DNA of 64,000 nt from Cenarchaeum sp. (lineage in GTDB: Archaea > Thermoproteota > Nitrososphaeria > Nitrososphaerales > Nitrosopumilaceae). The DNA is taken from assembly GCA_965242695.1 (NCBI GenBank), contig CBDESU010000001.1, positions 480,001-544,000 of the forward strand, given 5' to 3'. Position numbers and translations under genes: made by a program. The notes under the pieces are model-generated. The model was not told the DNA's origin. It ran no database searches and saw only the letters and a list, made by a program, of their open reading frames with translations. Each line of letters starts with the position of its first letter. Positions within the stretch are counted from its first letter, which is position 1. Below, piece by piece: positions 1 to 9,658 of the stretch.

Positions 1-450
1 GATGCCCCCGGTTCGGGGCAGGGGGCGGCGGGGCCGGATGGCGGCGGCTGCCTTGTCGCAACGGCGGCGTACGGAACCGAGATGGCGCCGCAGGTGCAGA
101 TGCTCCGCGAGGTGCGCGACGCCGCAGTCGTGCAGACCGGCGCCGGCGCGGCGCTCTTGTCCACGTTCCATGCGGCATACTATGCGGTCTCGCCGCAGGT
201 TGCCGACCTGGAGCGGGCGCATCCGGCGCTCAGGGATGCGGTCCGCGCCCTGATCGCGCCCGTGATCTACTCTGCGCAAGCCCTGCAGCCTGTCGAGACG
301 GCCCAAGAGGGCGGCGCGCTAGCGTACGGCGCGGCGGCAATCGCCATGGCGGCCGCGCTATACGCTGCGGCGCCGGCCGGACTCGCCGCCTCGGCCGCCC
401 GCGCCGGCCGCACTGCGCGCCGCCGCGCCGGAGGACGCCGCCCGCGGTGA
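1..450 (+). CDS. 5'-truncated surface/secreted protein with CFI-box-CTERM C-terminal domain
   Basis: Frame open from base 1: GGGCLVATAAYGTEMAPQVQMLREVRD...YYAVSPQVADLER, then a hydrophobic segment and Arg-rich tail; typical thaumarchaeal C-terminal domain. Confidence 0.85.
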   Translation, partial: DAPGSGQGAAGPDGGGCLVATAAYGTEMAPQVQMLREVRDAAVVQTGAGAALLSTFHAAYYAVSPQVADLERAHPALRDAVRALIAPVIYSAQALQPVETAQEGGALAYGAAAIAMAAALYAAAPAGLAASAARAGRTARRRAGGRRPR

Positions 451-998
451 GCCGCCGCTTCGGCATGGACAATCCTCGGCTGCAAGGTGGGAGGACAGGG
501 GCCCAGGATCTTGACAAGCGGGCGGGTGGGAATCTGCCCGGCCGGACATGCAAGGCCGCCGGCGCGGATTGTGCCGGGCTCGGACGGCGGCAGGATCGCG
601 CAGGGGCGGCGCGCCCCCTCTATCGGGCACCGCGCCGATCTGGCGGGCTGGCAGCTGAACTCGGCGGCCCTGTTCCCCCGTGACCGAGCAGGCGGCTGCC
701 CGGGCAGAGCGGAACACTCCCTCCAGCCCCCGGGCCGTCCCGAAGATCGGCAAACCCTGCCGCAGGCACGTCCCCGAGCGCACCCTTGCCGCCGGCGGCG
801 GCGCCGACCCCGGGATGCGTCCTGAACCCGCGCGGCATGCCGCGATCCGACGGCTCCCTTGCGCCGCCCGGATCGCCCCTCGCGATCGGCTTTGAATCGA
901 ATGCGGCGACCTTCACGGCGGCGCAGGCGGAAGTGCATTGCGGCCGCCCTGCCGTCGCACGCGCAAGGCTTGAATTGCCCCGCGCGGCGGCCGCGCCC

Positions 999-1751
999 GT
1001 GCAGGCCGTCATACTGGCCGGCGGCAGGGGCCGCCGGCTGCGCCCGATAACGGACTATGTGCCAAAGCCGCTCGTTCCTGTCGCCAACGTGCCCATACTG
1101 GGGTGGCAGATGCGCTACCTCGAGTCGCACGGTGTCTCGTCGGCCGTGCTGTGCACGGGGTACAGGGCCGGCCAGATACGCGACTACCTGTCGACGAGGG
1201 GCGGGAGGGGGCGCATCCGGGTCTCCGTCTCGGAGGAGCGCGAGCCGCTCGGCACCGGCGGCGCCGTCAAAAACGCGCTAGGCTCCGTCAGGGGCCGGTC
1301 GTTCATCGTCCTCAACGGCGACGTCATCACGGACATCGACGCCGGCCGCCTGCGGGCCGCCTCGGCCGCCGCCCGCAGGGCGGGCGGCGTCGCGATCGCG
1401 GCCATACCCCTCCGCACGCAGTTTGGCATCATGCAGGTCGGCGAGGCCGGGGGCAGGGGCGCCGCCGCCGCCGCCGCCCGCCCGGTCACCGGGTTCCTTG
1501 AAAAGGCCCCGCTGCGCGACAAGCTCATGAACGCCGGCGTGTACCACATGGCAAGGGATGCGGCCGCCGACCTGCCGGCCCGCGGCGACATGGAGCGGAC
1601 GCTGTTCCCCAAGTACGCCGCCGCCGGGCGCCTCTCGTGCGTCGTGTTCGAGGATGCGCGGTGGTACTCGATAGACTCGTTCAAGGACATGGAGGAGTGC
1701 GCCGAGCATGCCGCCTCGATCATCGGGCGGGGGGCGCCGCGGCGCGGCTAG
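999..1751 (+). CDS. Sugar-phosphate nucleotidyltransferase (NTP_transferase family)
   Basis: AVILAGGRGRRLRPITDYVPKPL, EPLGTGGA and NGD motifs; GTG start at 999 chosen by homology. Confidence 0.9.
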   Translation: MQAVILAGGRGRRLRPITDYVPKPLVPVANVPILGWQMRYLESHGVSSAVLCTGYRAGQIRDYLSTRGGRGRIRVSVSEEREPLGTGGAVKNALGSVRGRSFIVLNGDVITDIDAGRLRAASAAARRAGGVAIAAIPLRTQFGIMQVGEAGGRGAAAAAARPVTGFLEKAPLRDKLMNAGVYHMARDAAADLPARGDMERTLFPKYAAAGRLSCVVFEDARWYSIDSFKDMEECAEHAASIIGRGAPRRG

Positions 1752-2243
1752 GCGCCGCAGCGGTGTAGAGCGACAAGCATGTACGCCAGCTCCCTTACAA
1801 ACGGCCCGTCGCCGGACCGCCCCGCGTACCGCTTGGCATCGTCCCAGAACTGCGGCGGCCACTGGGCGGCGCGCCGCTCCGCGGACGCCGCATCCTGCGC
1901 GCCTTCGAGCGCCTGTACTGTGGTGATCATGCCCTACTGCGGCCGGAGTATGAGATACCTGCCCCGCTCAAAATAGTTTCACCTGCGGTCGACCGGATCT
2001 GACAGGGCGGGCGCCGGAAGGGGGGCGCCGGCCTCGGCCCTGTCGATGCCGTCTCTCAGAGGCCCCCGTCGCGCTGCGCGGGGCGTGGACCGCGCCATCA
2101 AAGGCGTTCGGGCGCCGGCGCCTGCCTGGTGTGCCGGCTCGGCCGCATGGCGAGGCGGCGCGCGGCTGCGTGGCGGGGGCACGGCGCGGGAACGGCGCCG
2201 ACGGGCGGGTACAGATTTACGAGTGGCTGAATGCGGGCCGGCC

Positions 2244-2834
2244 ATGGCACTTGTTGTGGCGTTGCCCGAGGGGGCCATCCGCCGGTCCCGCTTGACGCGG
2301 ATGCAGCGCCTCAACATGATAGGCATGAAGGCAAGGCCTGAAAAGCTGCCACCCCTGGCCCGCTTCATAAGGTACTTGGCGGCAGGGGGCCTTGTCGAGT
2401 TCGGCCCGCCGCTTGCGGCCGGCGAGGGGGGCATGGCCGTCGTCGACCGCATACAGCAGCACTCCTTCATGGCCATGTACTATGGATTGGACATGGGTTT
2501 TGACTTTGACATGTGCAGCCACGGCGGGCCTGCATCGCACGAGATCGCAGATGCGGTGTACCGGCTGTCCTGCGAGGACAGCGATATATACGCCGCAGCC
2601 GCCCCTCTCCTGCCGGACTCGTTCAGGGCCGACGACTTCATGGACATGGTGGCAGGCAGAAGCGTGGCCTGGCTGGACGCGGCGACTACGATGCTAGACA
2701 CGAACATCATCTACCGGGACGACTTGGATGAGATAAGAAGCACGGCACTGCACGTGACGCAGTGCGACCCTGCCGTAGCCAACGATGCGTTCGACGCGCT
2801 TAAAAAACAAGGGATGTTTTTGGTGGTCGGATAG
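2244..2834 (+). CDS. Hypothetical protein, Panacea/SocA/YwgA-like (copy 1)
   Basis: RIQQHSFMAMYYGLDMGFDF...GGPASHEIADAVY resembles the 'lQKlvyl...y.f....GPyS..l' pattern; clear paralog at 22975-23562. Confidence 0.6.
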   Translation: MALVVALPEGAIRRSRLTRMQRLNMIGMKARPEKLPPLARFIRYLAAGGLVEFGPPLAAGEGGMAVVDRIQQHSFMAMYYGLDMGFDFDMCSHGGPASHEIADAVYRLSCEDSDIYAAAAPLLPDSFRADDFMDMVAGRSVAWLDAATTMLDTNIIYRDDLDEIRSTALHVTQCDPAVANDAFDALKKQGMFLVVG

Positions 2835-3292
2835 CGGCGAGCATTGCATTGCGCCGCCCGCGATCCCTTGGATGTGCATAGTACGCAATAATGGCAGGAT
2901 TGTTAGCCATCATGCTATCGCCCGTTGTGAGAAACGGCGAGTCGGGATCGGCAAGGGCGTGCGCGAGCATGATCCTGTCTGTCATATCCAGATTGGAAAC
3001 CGCTCGGATCAGATCGATCAAGATGGCAAGGACGGCCTCGTCAAGAGGCGGCATGCACTTGGCCGGATCCGCCCTGCAATCTTCAAGCAATCCCAGCAGC
3101 GCGCGCAGCATTCTAGCTGCCCCGGGCCCACGCCTCAGTATGACGCCACTGGCCTCTCCGAGCGCGGTCTGGGATGCGACCAGTATGCAGGAACCTGGGC
3201 CGCTTTCCCGCAGCATGCGCCCGACGCGGTCTGTACCTGCCTCCGAGCAGCACCGCCATGAATGCACATGTGTCTAGATGCACGCGCCACAA
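2800..3292 (-). pseudogene. Frameshifted PIN-domain (VapC-like) nuclease (copy 1)
   Basis: N-terminus LWRVHLDTCAFM is in one frame and SQTALGEA...DMTDRIMLAHA...TGD in another; alignment to 22512-22955 indicates a ~2-nt deletion near 3232. Confidence 0.75.
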
Positions 3293-3662
3293 TGCGGCGG
3301 CGGCGCACACGTGCCTTTGGCCTTGCCGATTCCTGATTCGGCATCTCTCTGGACCTTCGCCGACGCGACATGCCGGCGGGGAATTGGGGGGGGGGGGAGG
3401 CGGGACGGCGCGATGCAGCGGCGGCGGGGGACGGGCGCTGCTGTGTGAGACAGGGGGCCGGCCGCGAGGCGGCCGGCGTAGGGTGCACTAGGAGCGCTGC
3501 GCGGGCGCCGCGCCTCGGGGCGGGCGCGCGGCGCGGCCGGGACGCCGGACGGTATGCGATCCTGCCGGCCGGCCCACCGTGCGCAGATGCGCGCCGGGCC
3601 GCCGGCCGGACCTTTCGGCATGCGGCGCGAAAGTTGAATAGGGCCGTCCACCGCCGCCCACC

Positions 3663-4676
3663 GTGCGGGTGTCGTACAGCCTCGGCTCGCTGCTGTCCGT
3701 GCGCGACGTCGCCGAGTGCGCCTCGGCCGTCGCCGCCGCCCCCTCGCAGCCGGACACGGTATGGGTGCCAGAGTCGTGGGGCGCCGAGAACTACTCGATG
3801 CTCGGCATGCTCTCGCAGCGGCTCGAGCGGCCGCGCATCGGCTCGTCCATAGTCAACGTGTACTCGCGCAGCCCCGCACTCGTCGCCATGGGCGCCCTCA
3901 CGGTCGACGCGCTGTCCGGCGGCCGCATGGTGATCGGGCTCGGCTCGAGCAGCCGGCCCATCGTCGAGCGGCTGCACGGCTACCCGTTCAGGGACCCGCT
4001 CGCGCGCGTGCGCGAGTACGTCGAGATCGTGCGGTCCATCACGTCGCCTGCCGGCGGGGCCGGCGCGGCGCCGAGCGTCGAGCACGACGGCGAATTGTTC
4101 CGACTCGGCGGGTTCTCGCTGCTCGCAAGGCCGGTGCGCGACTCGATACCGATCTACCTGGCCGCCGTCAACGCGCGCATGGTGGAGCTGGCGTGGGAGG
4201 TCGCCGACGGCGTCATCTTCTACCTGCGGCCGCCGTCCGAGATCCGCTCGACGGTCTCGGCGATGAGGGCCCGCGCGGGCGGGAAAAAGTTCGACGTGGC
4301 CTGCCAGATCGTCGTGGCCGTCTCGGACGACACGGAGGCGGCCCTAGAGCGCGCAAAGAAGACGCTCGCCTTCTACGTCTCGGTCGGCGATGCGTACAGG
4401 CGGTTCCTGGAGCGCAACGGGTACGCCTCGGAGGCGGCGGCCGTGAGGTCCGAGTACGAGCGCGGCGGGCTCGGGGCGGCCGCCGCGGCCCTGCCCGACC
4501 GCATGGCGTCCGACCTTGCCGTGCACGGGACGGCCGAGGACTGCCGGCGCGGGATCGAGCGGTTCGCCGCCGCCGGCGTCGACCAGCCCATAGTCCAGTT
4601 CAACCCCGTCGGCAGGTCCGTGCCCGAGTCGTTCCGCGCCGTCCTCGGGGCATTCTCCTCGGATACGGGTGCGTGA
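3663..4676 (+). CDS. LLM-class (luciferase-like, probably F420-dependent) oxidoreductase
   Basis: WVPESWG, IGSSIVNVYSRSPALVAM, LSGGRMVIGLG, PIYLAA, ADGV motifs. Confidence 0.9.
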   Translation: MRVSYSLGSLLSVRDVAECASAVAAAPSQPDTVWVPESWGAENYSMLGMLSQRLERPRIGSSIVNVYSRSPALVAMGALTVDALSGGRMVIGLGSSSRPIVERLHGYPFRDPLARVREYVEIVRSITSPAGGAGAAPSVEHDGELFRLGGFSLLARPVRDSIPIYLAAVNARMVELAWEVADGVIFYLRPPSEIRSTVSAMRARAGGKKFDVACQIVVAVSDDTEAALERAKKTLAFYVSVGDAYRRFLERNGYASEAAAVRSEYERGGLGAAAAALPDRMASDLAVHGTAEDCRRGIERFAAAGVDQPIVQFNPVGRSVPESFRAVLGAFSSDTGA

Positions 4677-5856
4677 GATGGGGCGCGGGGAGGCCGCGGC
4701 AGTTGCCGCGTACGGGGGCACAAGGTTTTCGCCGGGCGGCGCGCGCGCGGGGGACGGGGCCGGCGGGAGCGGGAGCGGGGGCGGCGGCCGCGCCGCGGCC
4801 GACCGCGTCTCGTCCGAGCTTGCCGCCGCCTCGCGCGCCCTCTTCTCGGGCTTTCCGGGCGCCGACCGCGATGCGGTCGACGCCGTCCTCGTCGCCACGG
4901 GCGACCACTCGCCGTACCTTGCGCCCATACTGTCCGAGATGATCGGCGTCTCGCCGCGCATATCCCACACGGTCGAGGCCATGTGCGGGTCGGGAACGGC
5001 CGCCGTCGTCTCGGCCATGGCGTACGTGCGGTCGGGGATGGCCGGGATGGTGCTCGTCGCCGGCGCCGACCTGGCCGGCGGGCCCGGCAGCGTCCTCGAG
5101 TGGGACGCCTCGCGCGGCGAGCTGTCGCGCCCCGTGTACTGGGCATCGCTGTTTACGGCCGCCTACAAGCGGCGGCACGGCGCGACCGCCGAGGGCCTGG
5201 CATGCGTGCCGGCAAAGGCGCACCTGTACGCGGCGGACAACCCGCTTGCGTACTCGCGCATGCGCCCGACCGCATCCGAGGCGGCCGCCTCGCGCCCCCT
5301 CACGTCCGACGTGCGGCTGCACGACTGCTGCCGGCCGTGCACGGGCGCCTCTGCCGTCCTGGTTGCATCGGAGGATGCGGCCGGCCGAATTACGGATGCG
5401 CCGGTGCGGCTCGCAGGCGCCGGCCAGAGCACGGGGCCGGCATCCTTTTCGGCCTCGGCCGACCTTGCCCGCCTCGAGACGGGGGCGGCCGCGGCGGCCG
5501 ATGCGCTCGCCGCCGCCGGGGCCGATCCCGCCGACATTGACGTCGCCGAGGTGCACGATGCGTTCAGCGTGTGCGAGCCGATGGCCATCGAGTGCGCGCG
5601 GCTGGCCGCCCCGGGAAAGGGGCTGGACATGTGCAGGAGCCTGCTCGAGACCGGCGACAGGCGAGTCAACCCGCGCGGCGGCCTCATCGGGTCGGGCCAT
5701 CCGCCGGCGGCGACGGGGGTCGCACAGGTCGCCGAGGTGGCCGCCCAGCTGCAGGGCAGGGCGGGGCGGAGGCAGGCCGACGGCGCCCGCACGGGGATGG
5801 TCCACAACATGTCGGCGGCCGGGACGTCCTCTGCCGTCCTGGTGATGCGCGCATGA
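4669..5856 (+). CDS. Thiolase (acetyl-CoA C-acyltransferase), archaeal/SCP2-like
   Basis: EAMCGSG catalytic Cys, AEVHDAF, NPRGGLIGSGHP, HNMS motifs. Confidence 0.9.
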   Translation: MREMGRGEAAAVAAYGGTRFSPGGARAGDGAGGSGSGGGGRAAADRVSSELAAASRALFSGFPGADRDAVDAVLVATGDHSPYLAPILSEMIGVSPRISHTVEAMCGSGTAAVVSAMAYVRSGMAGMVLVAGADLAGGPGSVLEWDASRGELSRPVYWASLFTAAYKRRHGATAEGLACVPAKAHLYAADNPLAYSRMRPTASEAAASRPLTSDVRLHDCCRPCTGASAVLVASEDAAGRITDAPVRLAGAGQSTGPASFSASADLARLETGAAAAADALAAAGADPADIDVAEVHDAFSVCEPMAIECARLAAPGKGLDMCRSLLETGDRRVNPRGGLIGSGHPPAATGVAQVAEVAAQLQGRAGRRQADGARTGMVHNMSAAGTSSAVLVMRA

Positions 5857-6365
5857 CCGCGTTCGACGACGGGCTGGCCGCCGGCCGGCTTGTCGTCGGC
5901 GTGTGCGATGCGTGCATGCGCGGCGGCGGCGGCGTCTCCCCCGCCTACCGAGCCTGGCCGCCGGGGGCCGGCGCGTGCCCGATGTGCCTGGGCCCCGTAA
6001 GGTGGGAGCGCCTGCCGCCGTGCGGCAGGATCGTAGAGTTCTCGCGCACGGCCGACGGCAGCCCGTTCTGCCTGGCCGAGTTTGCGCACGGCGTACGCCT
6101 TTTGGGGATGCTGCTTGCGCCGCGGGAGGGCGGCGGAAGCGGCGGAGGGGGTGCAGGCGCCGCCGCCGCCGACCCACAGCCCCGTGCCGGCCCGCGCGGC
6201 CCCGCCGGCTTTGTCCCGCGCGTGCGGCAGCGCGTCGTGCTAGAGTCGTGCTCGCTCGGCGGGGACGGCAGGCCGAGGTACGTCATGCGGGCTGCCGCCG
6301 GTTCTGCCGGCGGCGGGGACATGGGGCCCGAATGGCCGCCGCACCGGGCGCCTGGGCGCCCCTGA
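5853..6365 (+). CDS. DUF35 Zn-ribbon/OB-fold protein (thiolase partner)
   Basis: ATGA overlap with thiolase; CxxC...PP...CPxC followed by GRIVEFS OB-fold. Confidence 0.8.
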   Translation: MTAFDDGLAAGRLVVGVCDACMRGGGGVSPAYRAWPPGAGACPMCLGPVRWERLPPCGRIVEFSRTADGSPFCLAEFAHGVRLLGMLLAPREGGGSGGGGAGAAAADPQPRAGPRGPAGFVPRVRQRVVLESCSLGGDGRPRYVMRAAAGSAGGGDMGPEWPPHRAPGRP

Positions 6366-6426
6366 CGGCCCGCAGGCGGGCGACCGCACGGCCGTCCGCG
6401 ACGCTTTTAGGCGGGCCGACCGGCCG

Positions 6427-7068
6427 ATGCCCGTGCAGGAGGGAGGCGCGGGCGGCCGTGGGGATGCGGGCATGGATGCGGGCGCCGGCGCCGCTGCGGC
6501 GGCCGCGGCGGCGGCGGCCGCTGCCCCGCAGGGTGCGGACGGGCCGGCCCCCGGCAGCCCGTCGGCCGCATCGATCGCCTCGCGCACGCGCCGCCGGCGG
6601 GGGTACGCCTGGGAGGACTCGCTTGCAAAGAGGCTGTCGGCCTCCCCCGGATGGACGGCGTTCCGCCTCGGCTCGCCGAGCATCGGGCTGCCAGACGTGC
6701 TCGCAGTGCGCTCGCGCGGCCGCTCCCTGATGGTGATCGAGGCAAAGTCGGGCACGGGATCGTCCCTGTCGGTGCCGGCCGAGCAGGTGGAGCGGTGCGT
6801 AAATTGGACGCGCATATTCGACGCGTACGCGGACAGGCGGGCCGTGCTGGCGTTCAAGTTCCTCTCGAAGCGGCGCGTCGGCACCGCCTCGTACGAGGGG
6901 CGCAAGCTGCGCGAGTTCTACAAGGTGTGGAACCCGCGGCGCAGGCCGGCCGAGTTCGTGTGCACGTACGACGGCCGGACGTACCTGCGCGGGAGGGACG
7001 GCAGGCGGCGGGCCGTCGAGCTCGACGACTGCCCGATGCCCTTCAGGACGGCGCCGGTCAGAATATGA
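6427..7068 (+). CDS. hjc: Holliday junction resolvase-like PD-(D/E)xK nuclease
   Basis: RGYAWE...LPDVLA...VIEAKS motif; start uncertain. Confidence 0.75.
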   Translation: MPVQEGGAGGRGDAGMDAGAGAAAAAAAAAAAAPQGADGPAPGSPSAASIASRTRRRRGYAWEDSLAKRLSASPGWTAFRLGSPSIGLPDVLAVRSRGRSLMVIEAKSGTGSSLSVPAEQVERCVNWTRIFDAYADRRAVLAFKFLSKRRVGTASYEGRKLREFYKVWNPRRRPAEFVCTYDGRTYLRGRDGRRRAVELDDCPMPFRTAPVRI

Positions 7069-8182
7069 TGTAGTCTAGCGCGACCGCGTCGCTGATCAGC
7101 GACGTGTGCCTCGAGCCTGCCACGTAGCCGTTCTTGATGTCGGTGGTGGGAACCCACCTGTTCGTCGAGGAGTAGTGCCGGTCGCGGGCGATCTCCTTCT
7201 CTATCGACTCTATGTCGAACTCGCCCTCCTCGATCTGCTGCGTCTCCAGGTGCTTTACAGTCACCAGTATCTTGTCGACCTTTACGCGGTCGCCGAGCTT
7301 CCAAGACGTCGGCGCCTTTTCGTCAGAGACCTCTAGCACCTTGATCTTCATCTCCTTCCTGCCGAACGCGTCTCGGCTGATCAGGACCCGCTCGTCGATA
7401 AAGTCGTCGTACGAGTAGGTCCTGCCGCCCTGCCCGCCCCCGCCTTCGCCGCCGTACTCGCTTACCTCGGTGGGGCCGAGTATGGACTCTATGACGGGGT
7501 TGGGGATGCGATCCTCGGCGCCGCGATCTGCATCGGGTTTGCCCGCGCTCTCTGCCCCATCCTTTTCCGGGGATGCGTCAGGCTCCGCCTTTTCGATCCG
7601 CGGCCGCTCGGGCTCGGCCTTCATCTCGGGCTCGGCCTCCGCCTTGGCTTCGGACTGCGGCCGCTCGGGCTCGGCCTTCATCTCGGGCTCGGCCTCCGCC
7701 TTGGCTTCGGACTGCGGCCGCTCGGGCTCGGCCTCCGCCTTGGCTTCGGACTGCGGCCGCTCGGGCTCGGCCTCCGCCTTGGCTTCGGACTGCGGCCGCT
7801 CGGGCTCGGCCTTCATCTCGGGCTCGGACTTCACCTCGGACGGCGGCCGATCTCTCTTGATCTCTTCACGGCCGTCACCCGCGCTTGCGCCCCGGCCGGC
7901 CGCAGCCGCAGCCGCAGCCGCCGCCCCGGACGATGCCGCGCCGCCCCCCGCATCCGCATCCTTTGACTCGTACAGGACGTCGTGGATTATGTCTGATATC
8001 TCGTCGAGCGACCTGCCGATCTTTTCGGTCTCGCTGAGTCCCGCATCCTGCGCAGGTGCCTCGGGCCGCCCCTCGGACTCGTGGCCGCCTGCCGCATCGG
8101 CGCCGCCGCTCTTTTCCATGCCCTTGCCTGCCCTCGCGCGGCCGCCGTCCTCTTCGTCCTCGCCCACGACCGGGGGACGCAC
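7058..8182 (-). CDS. Hypothetical protein: acidic repeat N-terminus plus globular C-terminal domain
   Basis: Typical coding composition; (EPERPQSEAKAEA)n repeats; ordered C-terminal ~110 aa. Confidence 0.7.
   Translation of the reverse strand: MRPPVVGEDEEDGGRARAGKGMEKSGGADAAGGHESEGRPEAPAQDAGLSETEKIGRSLDEISDIIHDVLYESKDADAGGGAASSGAAAAAAAAAGRGASAGDGREEIKRDRPPSEVKSEPEMKAEPERPQSEAKAEAEPERPQSEAKAEAEPERPQSEAKAEAEPEMKAEPERPQSEAKAEAEPEMKAEPERPRIEKAEPDASPEKDGAESAGKPDADRGAEDRIPNPVIESILGPTEVSEYGGEGGGGQGGRTYSYDDFIDERVLISRDAFGRKEMKIKVLEVSDEKAPTSWKLGDRVKVDKILVTVKHLETQQIEEGEFDIESIEKEIARDRHYSSTNRWVPTTDIKNGYVAGSRHTSLISDAVALDYIIF
7596..7845. repeat. Intragenic 39/57-bp tandem repeats
   Basis: Repeated gcggccgctcgggctcggcctccgccttggcttcggact units, some with an added 18-bp EMKAEP unit. 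Confidence 0.9.
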
Positions 8183-8199
8183 CCCGCACTAAAAAAGAT

Positions 8200-9639
8200 C
8201 TATGTTGCGCCCCGCGCCCGCCCCGCGCCCGCCCCATCAGCCGCAAACCCGTCGGCGACAAGGCACATGCATACGGCCGTCTTGCGCAGCAGCGCCGTAG
8301 ACATGAACTCGTTGGGCGAGTGTATGCGCGCGAACACGTGCGTGCCGCCGACCGACACGCACGGCGCCCCGAGCACAGTGGCAAAGGCGTGCATGGGCCC
8401 CGTCCCAGCGCTCGAGACGCTTAGCACGGCGGGGCGGCGGTGCGCCGCCTCGGCCGCGCCCTGCACCGTGCGCACGAACGGGTCGGACGGGTCGGTCCTC
8501 CAGGCGGGCACTGCGGCATGCACGCGCACGGACACGTCGCCGTACCCGCGCCGCCGCAGGTGTGCCCTGAGGAGGGCCTCTAGGCGGCGGGGATCCATCC
8601 CGGGCACCAGTCTAAAGTCGACCTTTGCCGCCGCGCGCGCCGGCAGGACTGTCTTTGCCCCCTCGCCCGTGTACCCCGACACGAGGCCGGCAATGTTGCA
8701 CGTCGGGGCGGCGGCAAGGTCGCGCTTTGCCTCGTCCGGCGTGCGGCCGCCGGCGAGACCCCTTGCGCCAAACCCCGCCGCCAGCGCCCGCGCATCGAGC
8801 GGCTCGGCATCGAGCAGCCTCCTGGAGAGCGCATCGAGCGGCTCGACTCCGTCGTACCACCCGTCGACGGCGACGGCCCGGCCGTCGGGCGAGCGCAGCG
8901 TGCCGAGGGCGCCGACGACCCTCCATGCCGGATTCTCGAGCGCCGGCGCCAGGCTAGAGTGCGCATCGTGGGACGGGCCGCTAGCGGAAAGCTCGGCGTA
9001 CAGCAGCCCCTTCATGCCGAGCCCGACGACGGGGCGCCCCGCCTCATCGACATGGCCAAACTCCCACACCACGGCGCCGCATGACATCTTTTGCCTGTGC
9101 TCGCGCAGGTACCGCCCGATGTGGGCGCTGCCAGTCTCTTCCTCGCCCTCGACTACGAACTTTACGTCGCACGGCACGTCGCCGCGCGCATCGAGCATGG
9201 CCTCGACGGCGGCCACGCGCGCCATCAGCTCGCCCTTGTCGTCGGACGCGCCGCGGCCGTGCACGCGCCCGCCCGCATGCTCGCCGCCAAACGGCGGGCG
9301 CCGCCACTGGCCGAGCGGCTCGGCTGGCTGCACGTCGTAGTGGTTGTAGAACAGGAGCGCCGGCGCGCCGGGATTCGACGACGACTTCAGGTGGGCGAGC
9401 ACGACGGGCGGCGCGCGCCGCCTGCCGCCGCCGGGCAGCCTCAGCAGGCGGGCCGGAATTCCGCGCCGCCGGAGCGTCTCGGCCACGAGGGATGCGCACT
9501 CGCGCAGGCCCTCGCCGGTCGCCGACACGCTCGGCTGCCGCACAAGATCCTGCAGCGATCGGACGGTCGACGGGAACGACGAGCGAAGGGCCGCCGCGAC
9601 GGCGGGGTCAAAGGCGGGGCGGGGCGGCGGCGCCTGCAT
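8200..9639 (-). CDS. M20/M25/M40 family metallopeptidase
   Basis: YNHYDVQP, GRGASDDKG, EGEEETGS, IHSPNE motifs. Confidence 0.92.
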   Translation of the reverse strand: MQAPPPRPAFDPAVAAALRSSFPSTVRSLQDLVRQPSVSATGEGLRECASLVAETLRRRGIPARLLRLPGGGRRRAPPVVLAHLKSSSNPGAPALLFYNHYDVQPAEPLGQWRRPPFGGEHAGGRVHGRGASDDKGELMARVAAVEAMLDARGDVPCDVKFVVEGEEETGSAHIGRYLREHRQKMSCGAVVWEFGHVDEAGRPVVGLGMKGLLYAELSASGPSHDAHSSLAPALENPAWRVVGALGTLRSPDGRAVAVDGWYDGVEPLDALSRRLLDAEPLDARALAAGFGARGLAGGRTPDEAKRDLAAAPTCNIAGLVSGYTGEGAKTVLPARAAAKVDFRLVPGMDPRRLEALLRAHLRRRGYGDVSVRVHAAVPAWRTDPSDPFVRTVQGAAEAAHRRPAVLSVSSAGTGPMHAFATVLGAPCVSVGGTHVFARIHSPNEFMSTALLRKTAVCMCLVADGFAADGAGAGRARGAT

Positions 9640-9658
9640 GGCGGCCTGCCCGCCTCCG

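Noticed and set aside
451-990. Possible structured RNA (SRP or RNase P) in the intergenic region
   Set aside because: No diagnostic motifs recognised; pairing potential is explained by high GC
1748-1930. 60-aa minus-strand ORF
   Set aside because: No motif and an in-frame stop just upstream; may be a remnant but cannot be supported
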